A stretch of DNA of 64,000 nt. It comes from Gaiellales bacterium. GTDB taxonomy: Bacteria; Actinomycetota; Thermoleophilia; Gaiellales; JAICJC01. A program made the translations under genes and the position numbers. The notes beneath the pieces are model-generated. The model was given only the letters and a program-made list of their open reading frames with translations, ran no database searches and had not been told where the DNA came from. Positions 36,497-45,865 of this stretch are shown piece by piece (position 1 is the first letter of the stretch; each line of letters opens with the position of its first letter). The DNA is taken from the NCBI GenBank assembly GCA_038230835.1, contig JBBRMM010000014.1, positions 13,214-77,213 of the forward strand. Reading direction: 5' to 3'.

Positions 36497-38109
36497 ACGG
36501 CCTGGCCCGGAGGCCGCAGCTCCACGGCGAGCTCGATCAGCACACCGCCGTCACGCACGCGCCCGCAGGCCCAGACCAGGGCATCGGCGAGCTGCGACGG
36601 ATCGTCCACACGGCGGTAGGCGATCCCGTAACCGTCGGCCAGCTTGCCGAAGTCGGGGGACTCCAGATCGACGCCAACCGGCCGCCCGCCGGCAGCCAGC
36701 TGGTAGTGCTTGAGCACGCCGTAGCTCTGGTCGTTGACCAGCAGCGTGATCGAGTGCAGCCCAGTGTGGCGAGCGGTCACGAGCTCGTGGCCACCCATCA
36801 GGAAGCCTCCGTCACCGACGATCACCAGCGTCAGATCATCCGGGTTGGCGACGACCGTACCCAGCGCGGTCGGGACCCCCGATCCGAGCGCCCCGCTCAT
36901 CGGGTACACGAACCCGCCCGGCCGGGATGCGTCGAGGTAGAGCACCGCCCAGTACCCCAGGATCGTCATGTCGGCGACCACGATCGTCCGCTCGGGGAGC
37001 GACCGCTCGAGCACGCCCAGCAGCTGCGGCTCCAGCGTGAACCCCTGGGCTGCCACGTCAGCCGAACGCCCCGCCATGGCCGCCCGGGCGTCGGCCTGCC
37101 CGTCGCGCCTCCCGGCCGCCGGCGAGGCGGCCAGCAGCGCGTCGCAGAAGAGCCCGACGTCCGCGACGATGCCCTCGCGCAGCGGATAGTTACGGCCCAG
37201 CCGGGAGGCATCGAGGTCGATCTGCACCAGTGCATCGGGAAACGGCACCGCCCACCGGCAGGTGTACTCCTCGGCGAATCTGGTGCCCAGCGCCAGGCAC
37301 AGGTCGGCGTTTCGGATCAGGGCCTGGACGCTCGCCTCCTCGCAGGACGACCCGGCGTGCAGCACGTGTCCTGACGGCATCACCCCCTTGCCGTTGTAGC
37401 TGGTGACGACGGGCGCATCGAGCGCCTCCGCAAGCTGCACCACCTGGTCGGCGGCCGCTCGCGAGCCGCCTCCGGCAAAGATCATCGGCGCCCGTGCTCC
37501 CGCCAGAAGGTGCATCACGCGAGCCACGGCGGCGGGGTCGGGGGCGGGGAGGCTGACGGGCGTCACCCGCACCTCGACGCCGTCGGCGGGAGCGGCCAGC
37601 ACGTCGGTGTAGGCCTCCACCATCGCCGGTCCGGGACGGGTCGCGATCGCCACCAGCGCCTCGTCGACAGCCGCGGCCAACCCGGCGGGCGTGCGCGGCC
37701 GTGCGTGGTGGCGGGTGACCGCGGCGAACGCCGCCGACTGGCCCACGGTCTCGTGCATCCACCCGCGCTCGCCGGGCTCGCTGGGGATCTGGGTCGTGAT
37801 GTGCAGCAGGCGCAGCGACGACGCATCCGCCTCCCCCATCCCCGCAAACGCGTTGAACGCGCCCGGACCGGTCGAGGTGATGCACACCCCCACCCCGCCG
37901 GACGTGCGAGCGTAGCCCGCGGCGGCAAACGCGGCGGCCTGCTCGTGGCGCACCACCACACAGCGGATCGACGACTCCGACAGCGCCTGCCACAGCCCCA
38001 GCGCGTGCTGTCCCGGGATGCCGAAGATCACCTCCACGCCGTGCACCTCGAGCGCCGCCACCAACGCCTGCGCGCCGGTCCGGATCCCGGTGGTCGACTC
38101 GGTGCTCAT
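36493..38109 (-). CDS. Thiamine-diphosphate-dependent enzyme (acetolactate synthase large-subunit-like)
   Basis: N-terminal GAQALVAALEVHGVEVIFGIPG, and a ThDP-binding motif region GDGGFLM...NDQSYG. Confidence 0.88.
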   Translation of the reverse strand: MSTESTTGIRTGAQALVAALEVHGVEVIFGIPGQHALGLWQALSESSIRCVVVRHEQAAAFAAAGYARTSGGVGVCITSTGPGAFNAFAGMGEADASSLRLLHITTQIPSEPGERGWMHETVGQSAAFAAVTRHHARPRTPAGLAAAVDEALVAIATRPGPAMVEAYTDVLAAPADGVEVRVTPVSLPAPDPAAVARVMHLLAGARAPMIFAGGGSRAAADQVVQLAEALDAPVVTSYNGKGVMPSGHVLHAGSSCEEASVQALIRNADLCLALGTRFAEEYTCRWAVPFPDALVQIDLDASRLGRNYPLREGIVADVGLFCDALLAASPAAGRRDGQADARAAMAGRSADVAAQGFTLEPQLLGVLERSLPERTIVVADMTILGYWAVLYLDASRPGGFVYPMSGALGSGVPTALGTVVANPDDLTLVIVGDGGFLMGGHELVTARHTGLHSITLLVNDQSYGVLKHYQLAAGGRPVGVDLESPDFGKLADGYGIAYRRVDDPSQLADALVWACGRVRDGGVLIELAVELRPPGQAV

Positions 38110-38157
38110 CCCGCCGCTGACGCTACCAGACCGGCGGTCGCCGGCCGCTCCGAACCG

Positions 38158-38664
38158 TTACTTCTGGTTCTGGGAGATGAACGCCACGAGGTCGGCCAGA
38201 TCGGACGCGGAGAGCGACGCGAAGGTCGCCGGCATCGCGCTCGGCGCCGTGAACCCGGTTGCGATGAACTTGCTCGGGTCGGTGATCGAGGTTGCGATGA
38301 ACTGGTCGAGCGGCTGGCCGGCCTTCTGAGCGTCGGCGGCCAGGCTGTCGAGGTTGGGGCCGATCGTGCCGGTCGATGCCGCAGCGGTGAAGGTGTGACA
38401 GCCTGAGCAGCCGTTGGACGCGAAGAGGGCCTTCCCGTTTGCCGGGTCGCCCGTGCCGCCGCCCGTGGACGTGCTGGGTGTGGTCGTGGTGGTGCCGGTC
38501 GAAGTGGTGCTCGCCGAGGGAACGGTCGCCGTCGGCGTGGTGAGGTTGCCCTCGCCGATCGAGCTGGTGTTGTGCGTATGAGCGCCGGCGGCGACGATCA
38601 CGATCACCATCACGGCGATCCCGGCAATCGTGCCCAGCGTTGCGGAGATGAGAACCTTGATCAT
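38158..38664 (-). CDS. Membrane-anchored class I c-type cytochrome
   Basis: ATG at 38664 (MIKVLISATLGTIAGIAVMVIVIVAAG), a Thr/Ser-rich linker, the haem-binding CSGCH motif, and a distal Met region (PSAMP). Confidence 0.8.
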   Translation of the reverse strand: MIKVLISATLGTIAGIAVMVIVIVAAGAHTHNTSSIGEGNLTTPTATVPSASTTSTGTTTTTPSTSTGGGTGDPANGKALFASNGCSGCHTFTAAASTGTIGPNLDSLAADAQKAGQPLDQFIATSITDPSKFIATGFTAPSAMPATFASLSASDLADLVAFISQNQK

Positions 38665-38673
38665 GGCGGCGCC

Positions 38674-38703
38674 ACTATACCCGCTGACGCCCCGAATCGT
38701 CAC
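38674..38703 (-). promoter_or_regulatory. Candidate promoter for the cytochrome c gene (short-leader or leaderless)
   Basis: On the minus strand, GTGACG is followed by 18 nt, then TATAGT, then 9 nt, then the ATG. Judged by eye only. Confidence 0.25.
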
Positions 38704-38786
38704 CGCATCGAGCACCCGCCACCGGACCGCGAATACCACAAGCAGGGGATGGCGTGAGGGCCGTCGAACGTCGAGATGCATCTGCG

Positions 38787-38957
38787 ATGCTCGACAAGCG
38801 CGACATTCAAACCCTCATGTACTGCATCCGCCTGGCTGAGGCCGGCGGCCAGTGGCAGCCCGGGTCGCCGGCTCGGTCGCCGCACGATCTCGAGTGCAAG
38901 CTGGCCGACATGCTGCGCAGGCTGGACGCCGGCAAGCGAGTCGCCTCAGCGGCCTGA
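38787..38957 (+). CDS. Possible 56-aa hypothetical protein
   Basis: The ATG at 38787 opens a frame with high third-position G+C by eye. There is no recognisable domain. Its 3' end overlaps the convergent methyltransferase stop by 12 nt. Confidence 0.3.
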   Translation: MLDKRDIQTLMYCIRLAEAGGQWQPGSPARSPHDLECKLADMLRRLDAGKRVASAA

Positions 38958-39638
38958 ACCACGCTCGCCGGGGCGCCGGAAGCGTGCCCGGGCGACACGG
39001 ATCTGAAACTCCGGTGAGCCGACCAGTTCCCGCACGCGGCGGGCGGGATCGCCCTCGCAGTGCGCGATCGCGAGCCAGCGTGCGACCTCCAAGGTGACCA
39101 GCCACGATTCCTCGGCGTCCACGTCGAGGCCGGCCGCCAGCAGGGTCGTTCGCGCCTCGCCTGGGGCCAGCAGCCGCTGATGACCGGGGTCGCGGAGGCG
39201 CTCAATCTCCTCCCAGCGGCGAGCACGGTCTCGGTCGGCGTCGGCGACGAAGTCCTCGAGCACCAGTCGGCCCCCTGGCGCCAGCACGCGGGCCATCTCG
39301 TCCAGCGCGCGGGCGGGCCGGTCGATGTGGTGCAGCCCTCGCACGCAGGTGACCAGGTCGAAGGCGGCGTCTGCGAACGGCAGCTGCTCGGCCCGGGCGA
39401 CGAGCCGGGTGGCGCCAGCCGGCACGTGGGAGAGCATCGGTTCGGACACGTCGATCACCGTCACCTCCGCCACCAGCGGGATCAACGCTGCCGCCAGCGC
39501 ACCGGTCCCTCCGGCGACGTCCAGCACGCGATCGCCCACCGCCGGTTCACACCAGGCGACGAACCCGCTCCAGTCGCGGGTGAGCGCGGCTCGCGCGTAC
39601 TCGTCCGCAGTGCGGTCGAAGCGGCTACCGGCTGACAA
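38946..39638 (-). CDS. Class I SAM-dependent methyltransferase
   Basis: SAM-binding motif I VLDVAGGTGALAAAL and post-I/II acidic residues, in a Methyltransf_11-like layout. Confidence 0.8.
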   Translation of the reverse strand: MSAGSRFDRTADEYARAALTRDWSGFVAWCEPAVGDRVLDVAGGTGALAAALIPLVAEVTVIDVSEPMLSHVPAGATRLVARAEQLPFADAAFDLVTCVRGLHHIDRPARALDEMARVLAPGGRLVLEDFVADADRDRARRWEEIERLRDPGHQRLLAPGEARTTLLAAGLDVDAEESWLVTLEVARWLAIAHCEGDPARRVRELVGSPEFQIRVARARFRRPGERGSGR

Positions 39639-40998
39639 ACGCCACCGCCTGCTCTCGGGTGGTGACCGTCCCGGCGGCCTGCTCCTCGGCCAACTGCTCG
39701 ACCAGCTCCGCGATCCGCGACCCGCTCACACCCGCCGCAGCCGCGATCTCGTCGCCGCGCAGCAACGGTTCCGCAGCCGCCCCCCGCAACTCCTGGATCA
39801 GCCCGACCAGCTCCGACGCCGTCTCGGAGTGCGCGCGCAGTTGCGCCTGACGGGCCCACACACCGCGCGTGGCCAGCCGGTCGGCCAGTGAGAGCACGAT
39901 GCTGGCCAGCGGGTGCGGGGCGGTCGCACGCAGATAACGGTGCGCCGCCCGCCGGTCGAGTGGCCGGTCGCGGATCATGAAGCCCAGCCGCAGGTGCTCG
40001 GCGACCAGCAGCCGGCAGTACCGGGCGACCGCCGACGAGGCGCGCCAGCGCCCGAGCACCGCCGCCGCTGTCTCGGCCCCCTCACGGTCGTGCCCCATGA
40101 AGCTGATCCGGCCCTCGTCCGACACGCGCTTGGTCTGCGGCTTTCGGATGTCGTGGAAGAGCGCCGCCAGCCGCAGCGCTCCGGCCTCGTCGAGCTCGTC
40201 GCCGACCGGTCGGGCGAGCTCGGCCGCGACTGCGTCGGCATGACCGGGCAGGTAGTGCGCTGGGTTGGCGGCGATGTCGGCGGCGGTATCGAGCACGTGC
40301 AGGGTGTGCTCGTATACGTCGAGATGATGGAACGGGCTCTGCTCGACACCCCGCGTCGGTGCCAGTTCGGGTATGACGACGTCGAGCACCCCGAGCTGCG
40401 ACACGACCCGCACACCGGAAGCCGGGTCGTCCTGCGCCAGCAGTCTCCGCATCTCGACGTAGATGCGCTCCCCGCTCGGCTGGCCGGCCAGGTGCGCCCG
40501 CGCCCGCGCGAGCTCGGCCGTCGCCGGTTCCACCTGCATGCCGAGCTCGTGGGCGAGGCGACCGAGCCGCAGCAGACGGAGCGGATCGTCGTCGAACACC
40601 CGCTCGGCCACGATCCGCAGGCGGCCGGCGTCGAGGTCGAAGCGCCCGTCGAAGGGGTCGACCAGATCACCGCCCGCGAGCGGCAATGCCATCGCGTTGA
40701 CGGTGAAGTCACGCTCACCCAGGTCGTCCTCGATCCGGTCGCCGCGCATGCCGGTGATGTCCACCGTCATCCCATCCTGCACCACCCGCCATGCGCCATG
40801 GCGCTCGGAGAGCGGAAAGGGGGCGCCGCCGCGCTCACGGGCGACCGCGCGTGCGGCCGTCTGCGGGTCGGCGTCGACCACCAGGTCGATGTCCGTCACC
40901 GGCCGGTCGAGCAGCAGGTCGCGGACGCTGCCGCCCACCAGCCACGCGCCCGGCACCGGCGCCGCGCCGCGCAGCACGTCAAGCGCCGGTGAAGACAT
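39625..40998 (-). CDS. cca: CCA-adding tRNA nucleotidyltransferase (head domain plus HD domain)
   Basis: LVGGSVRDLLLDRPVTDIDLVV nucleotidyltransferase motif, RDFTVNAMA, and an HD-domain HDIRKP region. The ATG at 40998 overlaps the alr 3' end; alternative GTG at 40977. Confidence 0.85.
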   Translation of the reverse strand: MSSPALDVLRGAAPVPGAWLVGGSVRDLLLDRPVTDIDLVVDADPQTAARAVARERGGAPFPLSERHGAWRVVQDGMTVDITGMRGDRIEDDLGERDFTVNAMALPLAGGDLVDPFDGRFDLDAGRLRIVAERVFDDDPLRLLRLGRLAHELGMQVEPATAELARARAHLAGQPSGERIYVEMRRLLAQDDPASGVRVVSQLGVLDVVIPELAPTRGVEQSPFHHLDVYEHTLHVLDTAADIAANPAHYLPGHADAVAAELARPVGDELDEAGALRLAALFHDIRKPQTKRVSDEGRISFMGHDREGAETAAAVLGRWRASSAVARYCRLLVAEHLRLGFMIRDRPLDRRAAHRYLRATAPHPLASIVLSLADRLATRGVWARQAQLRAHSETASELVGLIQELRGAAAEPLLRGDEIAAAAGVSGSRIAELVEQLAEEQAAGTVTTREQAVAFVSR

Positions 40999-42103
40999 GC
41001 TCCACCCGCCACGGTCGCGGTTCCAGGCCGGTGGCAATCTCGTAGTTGATCGTTCCCGCCAGCCGCGCCCACTCTTCGGCGGTCACCTGCTCGTCGCCGT
41101 CGGCTCCGAGCAGGGTGACGGTGTCGCCCGGCTCGACATCGCACTCCGGCCCGATCACGAACGTCAGCTGATCCATCGAGATGGTGGCGGCAACCCGACG
41201 CCGGCGGCCGCGCACGAGCACGTCGGCGAGCCCGGACAGGATCCGCGGCACGCCGTCGGCATAGCCCGCGGGGGCGAGCCCGATAAAGGTCGGCTCGGTG
41301 GCGACGAACCGCCGGCCGTAACCCGAGCTCGAGCCCGGCTGCAGCAGCTTGACGTCCGCCACGTAGGTCGTGAAGCGCAGCGCCGGGCGCAGGCCGTCGT
41401 CGTCCGGGTCGGTCGCGAAGGGCGACATGCCGAGCATCGCCACGCCGCACCGCACCGCGTCCCAGCGCGCTCCCGCAACGCGCAGCGCAGCGGCGCTGTT
41501 TCCGACGTGGCGCGGACAGGCCGGGAAGCGCACGGAGAGCTCGGCGAAGCGCTCGAGCTGGTCGTCGGTGAAGGCCGCGTCGGCGGTGAAAGCCGACGCC
41601 GCCGAGTCGGCGCTGGCAAGGTGGCTCATCAACCCGGCCAATCGCAGGGTGCCGCCGCCCTCGAGCTCCTCGCCGACGCGCAGCGCATCGTCTGCGTCCA
41701 TGCCCCACCGGCCCATGCCGGTATCGACCTTGACGTGGACGTCCAGCGGCAGGCGGGCGGCCGAGCGCAGACGGGTGAACCCTTCCAGCGACGAGACGGC
41801 GACCTCGACTCCCGCCACCTCATCCTCCTGAGCCGGCACGAGCGGGCTCATGACGAGAATCGGCGCGTCCGGCAGACCCGAGCGCAGCGCGCGTGCCTCC
41901 TCCCAGGTGGCGACGCACAGCTTGTCGGCGCCCGCATCGAGGGCCGCCCGCCCGACCTCGATCGCGCCATGGCCGTACGCGTCCGCCTTGACGACCCCCC
42001 ACACCCGCGCAGGGGCGACCACGTCGCACAGCCGCTGGACGTTGTCGGCCACGGCCGAGAGGTCGACGGCGACCGTCGCGCGGGCAATCCGCGAGCCGAT
42101 CAT
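40979..42103 (-). CDS. alr: Alanine racemase
   Basis: PLP-Lys motif VVKADAYGHGA and a C-terminal catalytic YGRRF-type region. Length and domain order are typical. Confidence 0.93.
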   Translation of the reverse strand: MIGSRIARATVAVDLSAVADNVQRLCDVVAPARVWGVVKADAYGHGAIEVGRAALDAGADKLCVATWEEARALRSGLPDAPILVMSPLVPAQEDEVAGVEVAVSSLEGFTRLRSAARLPLDVHVKVDTGMGRWGMDADDALRVGEELEGGGTLRLAGLMSHLASADSAASAFTADAAFTDDQLERFAELSVRFPACPRHVGNSAAALRVAGARWDAVRCGVAMLGMSPFATDPDDDGLRPALRFTTYVADVKLLQPGSSSGYGRRFVATEPTFIGLAPAGYADGVPRILSGLADVLVRGRRRRVAATISMDQLTFVIGPECDVEPGDTVTLLGADGDEQVTAEEWARLAGTINYEIATGLEPRPWRVEHVFTGA

Positions 42104-43596
42104 GCGCCGGCGAAGACCGTTGGCAGAGCATCGATCACGTCACCGGCGATGATACCGGTGGGCCCCCACCGCTCCTGCGCGAGCGCTCCGGCGCGTCCGT
42201 GCGCCAGCGCGGCGCACGTCGCCGCGGCCCAGGGCTGCATGCCCTTGGCCAGGAACGCACCGACCGCTCCCGTCAGCACGTCCCCCGAGCCGGCCGTGGC
42301 CAGGCCGGGTGCGTCCACGCCAACCACCGCGACTCGCTCCCCACCGGCGTCCGCAACCAGGGTGTCGGCCCCCTTCAGGACGACCACGGCATGGGCATCG
42401 GCGGCCGCGCGGCGCACCGCCTCCAGGCGGTTCGCCCTCACCCAGGCGGCGTCCACGCCCAGCAGACGCGCCATCTCACCCTCGTGGGGCGTCAGTACGG
42501 CCGGCAGGCGGCGCCGCGCGAGCGCCTGCAGATCGCCTGCGAAGGGTGCCAGGCCGTCGGCGTCGATCACGATCGGCCCCGGATGCTCGACGGCGAGCCC
42601 GCGCACCAGTTCGACCACGTCGGGCTCGCCTCCGATCCCCGGGCCCAACGCCACCGCACCCGCCCGCCCGGCGAGCTCCAGAGCTTCCGGCAGCGGACGC
42701 ACCATGAGCTCGAACCGGTGCGCCGCGATCTCTCCGACCACGCCGGCGGGCGCCGCCACCCAGACCACCCCGGCACCTGCCCGGAGCGCGGCCAACGCCG
42801 TCATCGCCGGAGCGCCGGAGGCGCCGGCCGACCCGCCGACCACCAGCACCGATCCCGCGGTGTACTTCGAGTCGGCCGCCGACTTCGTCGGCACCGCTGC
42901 AAGCAGGCCGACGGTGGCGACCGACACCCGGGTGGCCAACTCGAGCTGAGGCGGCACGCCGATGTCGGCGACCACCACCGCACCGGCGTGGAACCTTCCG
43001 GGGGCCACGACCAGACCGACCTTGGGCGCGTGGAACGTGACCGTCAGCTGGGCGGACACCGCGGCGCCCTCGACCACCCCGGTCGAGGAGTCGACTCCGG
43101 ACGGTACATCCAGGGCGACGACCGGGCCGGCGGCCGCGCCGACGGCGTCGATCAGCGCCGCAGCACCGGGCCGCGGACGCCCGCTGAACCCGGTGCCGAG
43201 CAGCGCGTCCACCACCACCCCGGCCCGGCGCACCCCACGTCGCAGCCGGGCCGGCGCAACCCGCTCGTGCACGGTCAGGTCGAGCTTGCGGACGATTTCG
43301 TAGTTCGCACGTGCGTCACCGCCGAGGCGGCTCGCCGATCCGGTCAGGAACACCTCCACCGCCATCCCGGCGGCGTGCAGGTGGCGGGCCACGACGAACC
43401 CGTCGCCGCCGTTGTTGCCCGCCCCGCAGAGCACGGTCGCCGACCCCGCGTCGCCGAACCGGCTGAGGATCTCGTGCGCGGCGGCCAGACCAGCTCGCTC
43501 CATCAGCACCAGCGACGGGATGCCCACACCCTCGACGGCACGCGCCTCGAGCTCGCGCATCTCCTGTGCGGTGAACGCCGGCAGCAACGATTTCAT
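42100..43596 (-). CDS. nnr: Bifunctional NAD(P)H-hydrate repair enzyme (epimerase/dehydratase, YjeF N+C)
   Basis: YjeF_N motif GAGNNGGDGFVVARHL, and a C-terminal carbohydrate-kinase-like domain with the GSGDVLTG motif. Confidence 0.9.
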   Translation of the reverse strand: MKSLLPAFTAQEMRELEARAVEGVGIPSLVLMERAGLAAAHEILSRFGDAGSATVLCGAGNNGGDGFVVARHLHAAGMAVEVFLTGSASRLGGDARANYEIVRKLDLTVHERVAPARLRRGVRRAGVVVDALLGTGFSGRPRPGAAALIDAVGAAAGPVVALDVPSGVDSSTGVVEGAAVSAQLTVTFHAPKVGLVVAPGRFHAGAVVVADIGVPPQLELATRVSVATVGLLAAVPTKSAADSKYTAGSVLVVGGSAGASGAPAMTALAALRAGAGVVWVAAPAGVVGEIAAHRFELMVRPLPEALELAGRAGAVALGPGIGGEPDVVELVRGLAVEHPGPIVIDADGLAPFAGDLQALARRRLPAVLTPHEGEMARLLGVDAAWVRANRLEAVRRAAADAHAVVVLKGADTLVADAGGERVAVVGVDAPGLATAGSGDVLTGAVGAFLAKGMQPWAAATCAALAHGRAGALAQERWGPTGIIAGDVIDALPTVFAGA

Positions 43597-43952
43597 GCGT
43601 CGTGCACGATGGCCACCGCAGCGGCCAGCCCCTTGGAATGGGTCATCGAGAGGTCGATGTCGCCTGCGTGGACGTTAGTGGCCCAGTCTGCCGTGCGCCC
43701 GGAGAGCGCCACCCCGGGCTTGGGCCGGCCGGCGATCTCAATCTCGCGCCAGGTGAAGGGGACTCCGAAACCGAGCGCCTTGCCCACCGCTTCCTTGCCG
43801 GCGAAGCGCGCGGCGAAGTGCTGGGCCGGGTTCGCGCGCGAGAAGCAGTACGCCTGTTCGCTCTCGGTGAACACCCGTTCGACGAACCGCGCATGCCGGC
43901 GGAGCGCGCGCGCCACCCGGTCGATCTCGATCAAATCGATCCCAATTCGCAT
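43593..43952 (-). CDS. acpS: Holo-[acyl-carrier-protein] synthase
   Basis: MRIGIDLIEIDRV..., FAGKEAVGKALG and a ...SMTHS... segment typical of AcpS. Alternative ATG at 43961 (MKHMRIG). The stop overlaps the nnr start (ATGA). Confidence 0.85.
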   Translation of the reverse strand: MRIGIDLIEIDRVARALRRHARFVERVFTESEQAYCFSRANPAQHFAARFAGKEAVGKALGFGVPFTWREIEIAGRPKPGVALSGRTADWATNVHAGDIDLSMTHSKGLAAAVAIVHDA

Positions 43953-43964
43953 GTGTTTCATACT

Positions 43965-44786
43965 ATGCTCTACAGCATGCCCAGAGCGATGCCGCTGACC
44001 GAGCACGCCACCTGGTGGCCCAGCACCGCGTACCAGACCACCACGCTCGAACTGCGGGCAGCCGGCCAGCGCCTGCTGGTCGATCCCGGCATCTCGCCGT
44101 GGGAGATCGACGAGCTGATCTCGGCCTCGGTGGAGCCGGTCAGCCAGGTCCTGATCACACACGCCGACTGGGATCACATCCTCGGGATCCCGGCGCTTCC
44201 GGAGGCGCAGATCACCGCCAGCCGAGCTGCCGCGGAGCGGATCGACTCGGGGCAGGCGCGAGAATCGGTCGAGCGGGAGAGCGGCGAGATCTACATCGCC
44301 TACGGCGACCTCTCGGGACTGCGCGTCGACCGTCGCATCGACGCCCCCGCCGAAGCCGAGCTCGGGCCCTGGCACGCGGTCTTTCGCACCGGTCACGGCC
44401 ACACCGACGACGGTGTCGTGACGTCGTTCCCCGAACAGGGCCTGCTGGTGACGGGCGACTACCTGTCGGGCCTCGAGATCCCGGCCGCATACGTGTCGGT
44501 GCGCGACTACCGTGACACGCTGCACACACTGATCGGGGTGATCGAGCGCGAGCGCCCCCACTTCGTGGTGGTCGGCCACGGCCGGCCGCACACATCGGAT
44601 CAGGCGCTTCGGATCGCCGACGAGGATCTCGACTACATCGAGGCGGTGCTGGCGTTCGCCGACGGCGGATGCAGGCCCGAGGAGGCCGGCAAGATCGCCG
44701 TGCCCGACCGTGGCGGCGGCCCGTTCGACGCGACGGCGCACGCCACCAACGTGCGCCTGGCCTGTGCGGCATTGGCCCCCGCCTGA
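43965..44786 (+). CDS. MBL-fold metallo-hydrolase
   Basis: THADWDH (HxHxDH-type) motif and downstream His/Asp ligand positions (GHGHTDD, VGHG). Start candidates at 43965, 43977 and 43989. Confidence 0.75.
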   Translation: MLYSMPRAMPLTEHATWWPSTAYQTTTLELRAAGQRLLVDPGISPWEIDELISASVEPVSQVLITHADWDHILGIPALPEAQITASRAAAERIDSGQARESVERESGEIYIAYGDLSGLRVDRRIDAPAEAELGPWHAVFRTGHGHTDDGVVTSFPEQGLLVTGDYLSGLEIPAAYVSVRDYRDTLHTLIGVIERERPHFVVVGHGRPHTSDQALRIADEDLDYIEAVLAFADGGCRPEEAGKIAVPDRGGGPFDATAHATNVRLACAALAPA

Positions 44787-44834
44787 GAGCCGGACAGCTC
44801 TTTACCAATTGTCCGGACTGCCGATAACTCGGGT

Positions 44835-45164
44835 GTGCTCCGGCTACGCAAACGCCTGCTCGAGATCCGACGCCATCACCTCGGTCCGCGGGTGTACGTC
44901 GCCGGGATCCGGGTGCACGAATGCTGGGCCGGCCTGGCCGCGACGGCGATCCTGGTCGGCGCCATGCTGACCGACCACATCCACCACCGCCGCTTCGACG
45001 GAATGGTGGGCGTCGTCGCAGTCTGGATGATGGCCAAGGACTGGCCCGACTTCTTCCCCTCCCGCCGGGACACCTACGCCTGGCGCGTCGGGTTTCACCG
45101 GCGCGGCAACGCCGAGGGCGTGCCTGCGCTGAGCGTTGCCCGTCAGCGTCACCGCGAGCAGTAG
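44835..45164 (+). CDS. Hypothetical small membrane protein
   Basis: 109-aa ORF with GC-rich third positions by eye and two hydrophobic segments (WAGLAATAILVGAML, GMVGVVAVWMM). Confidence 0.45.
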   Translation: MLRLRKRLLEIRRHHLGPRVYVAGIRVHECWAGLAATAILVGAMLTDHIHHRRFDGMVGVVAVWMMAKDWPDFFPSRRDTYAWRVGFHRRGNAEGVPALSVARQRHREQ

Positions 45165-45214
45165 CAGCGAGAGTCCGCCACCGGAGGCGCGTCAGCGTTA
45201 GTACTGTCAGCCCG

Positions 45215-45865
45215 ATGCCGTTGCAAAATCGGGTCACCCCCCTCGGCGACGTGATCGCACACCCAGGACGCGGCCACGTCTACGGCAATCGTGGCTGCCT
45301 GCACGACGCCGCCGGCAGGATCCGTCGGCACCACGACGGACGCCGCTGGATCGCCTGCCGGCTCGAGTACCGCGACTGGCAGCGTGGCCCGATGATGCAG
45401 CCAGGCCGCTTCACTGAGCTGTTCTTCCTCGACGAAGCGACCGCGCTCGCCGCCGGGCACCGCCCGTGTGCGCTGTGCAGGCGCGAGGACTACCGTCGAC
45501 TGGTCGGGCTGTGGCGCGAACTGCACCCGGGCCAGGTGGGAGCGGACGCGATCGACGAGCAGTTGCACATGGAGCGGATCGATGCCGCCGGGCTTGACCA
45601 GCGTCACCATGTGGGACGACTGAGTGAGCTTCCCGACGGGGCGTTCGTCCTTCGCCACGGTCTGCCCTGGCTGGTCATCGGCGCGGAGCTGCTGGAATGG
45701 ACACCCACCGGGTACACCTCGCGCAGCCGGCGCACCGAGGATCCGCGGGCCGTGGTAATCACGCCGCCTTCTCTGGTGGCGTTGCTGCGAAGCGGGTGGC
45801 AGCCGCTCGTGCCGCTGATTCACGCGTCAGCGCGAACCTCGCCCCGGCCACTCACTCCACGGTGA
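45215..45865 (+). CDS. Conserved-looking hypothetical protein with Cys/His cluster
   Basis: Starts at the ATG at 45215. GNRGCLHD...RRWIACRLEY...LFFLDEATALAAGHRPCALCRR looks like a metal-binding module. The 3' end overlaps the convergent glmS stop by 14 nt. Confidence 0.6.
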   Translation: MPLQNRVTPLGDVIAHPGRGHVYGNRGCLHDAAGRIRRHHDGRRWIACRLEYRDWQRGPMMQPGRFTELFFLDEATALAAGHRPCALCRREDYRRLVGLWRELHPGQVGADAIDEQLHMERIDAAGLDQRHHVGRLSELPDGAFVLRHGLPWLVIGAELLEWTPTGYTSRSRRTEDPRAVVITPPSLVALLRSGWQPLVPLIHASARTSPRPLTPR

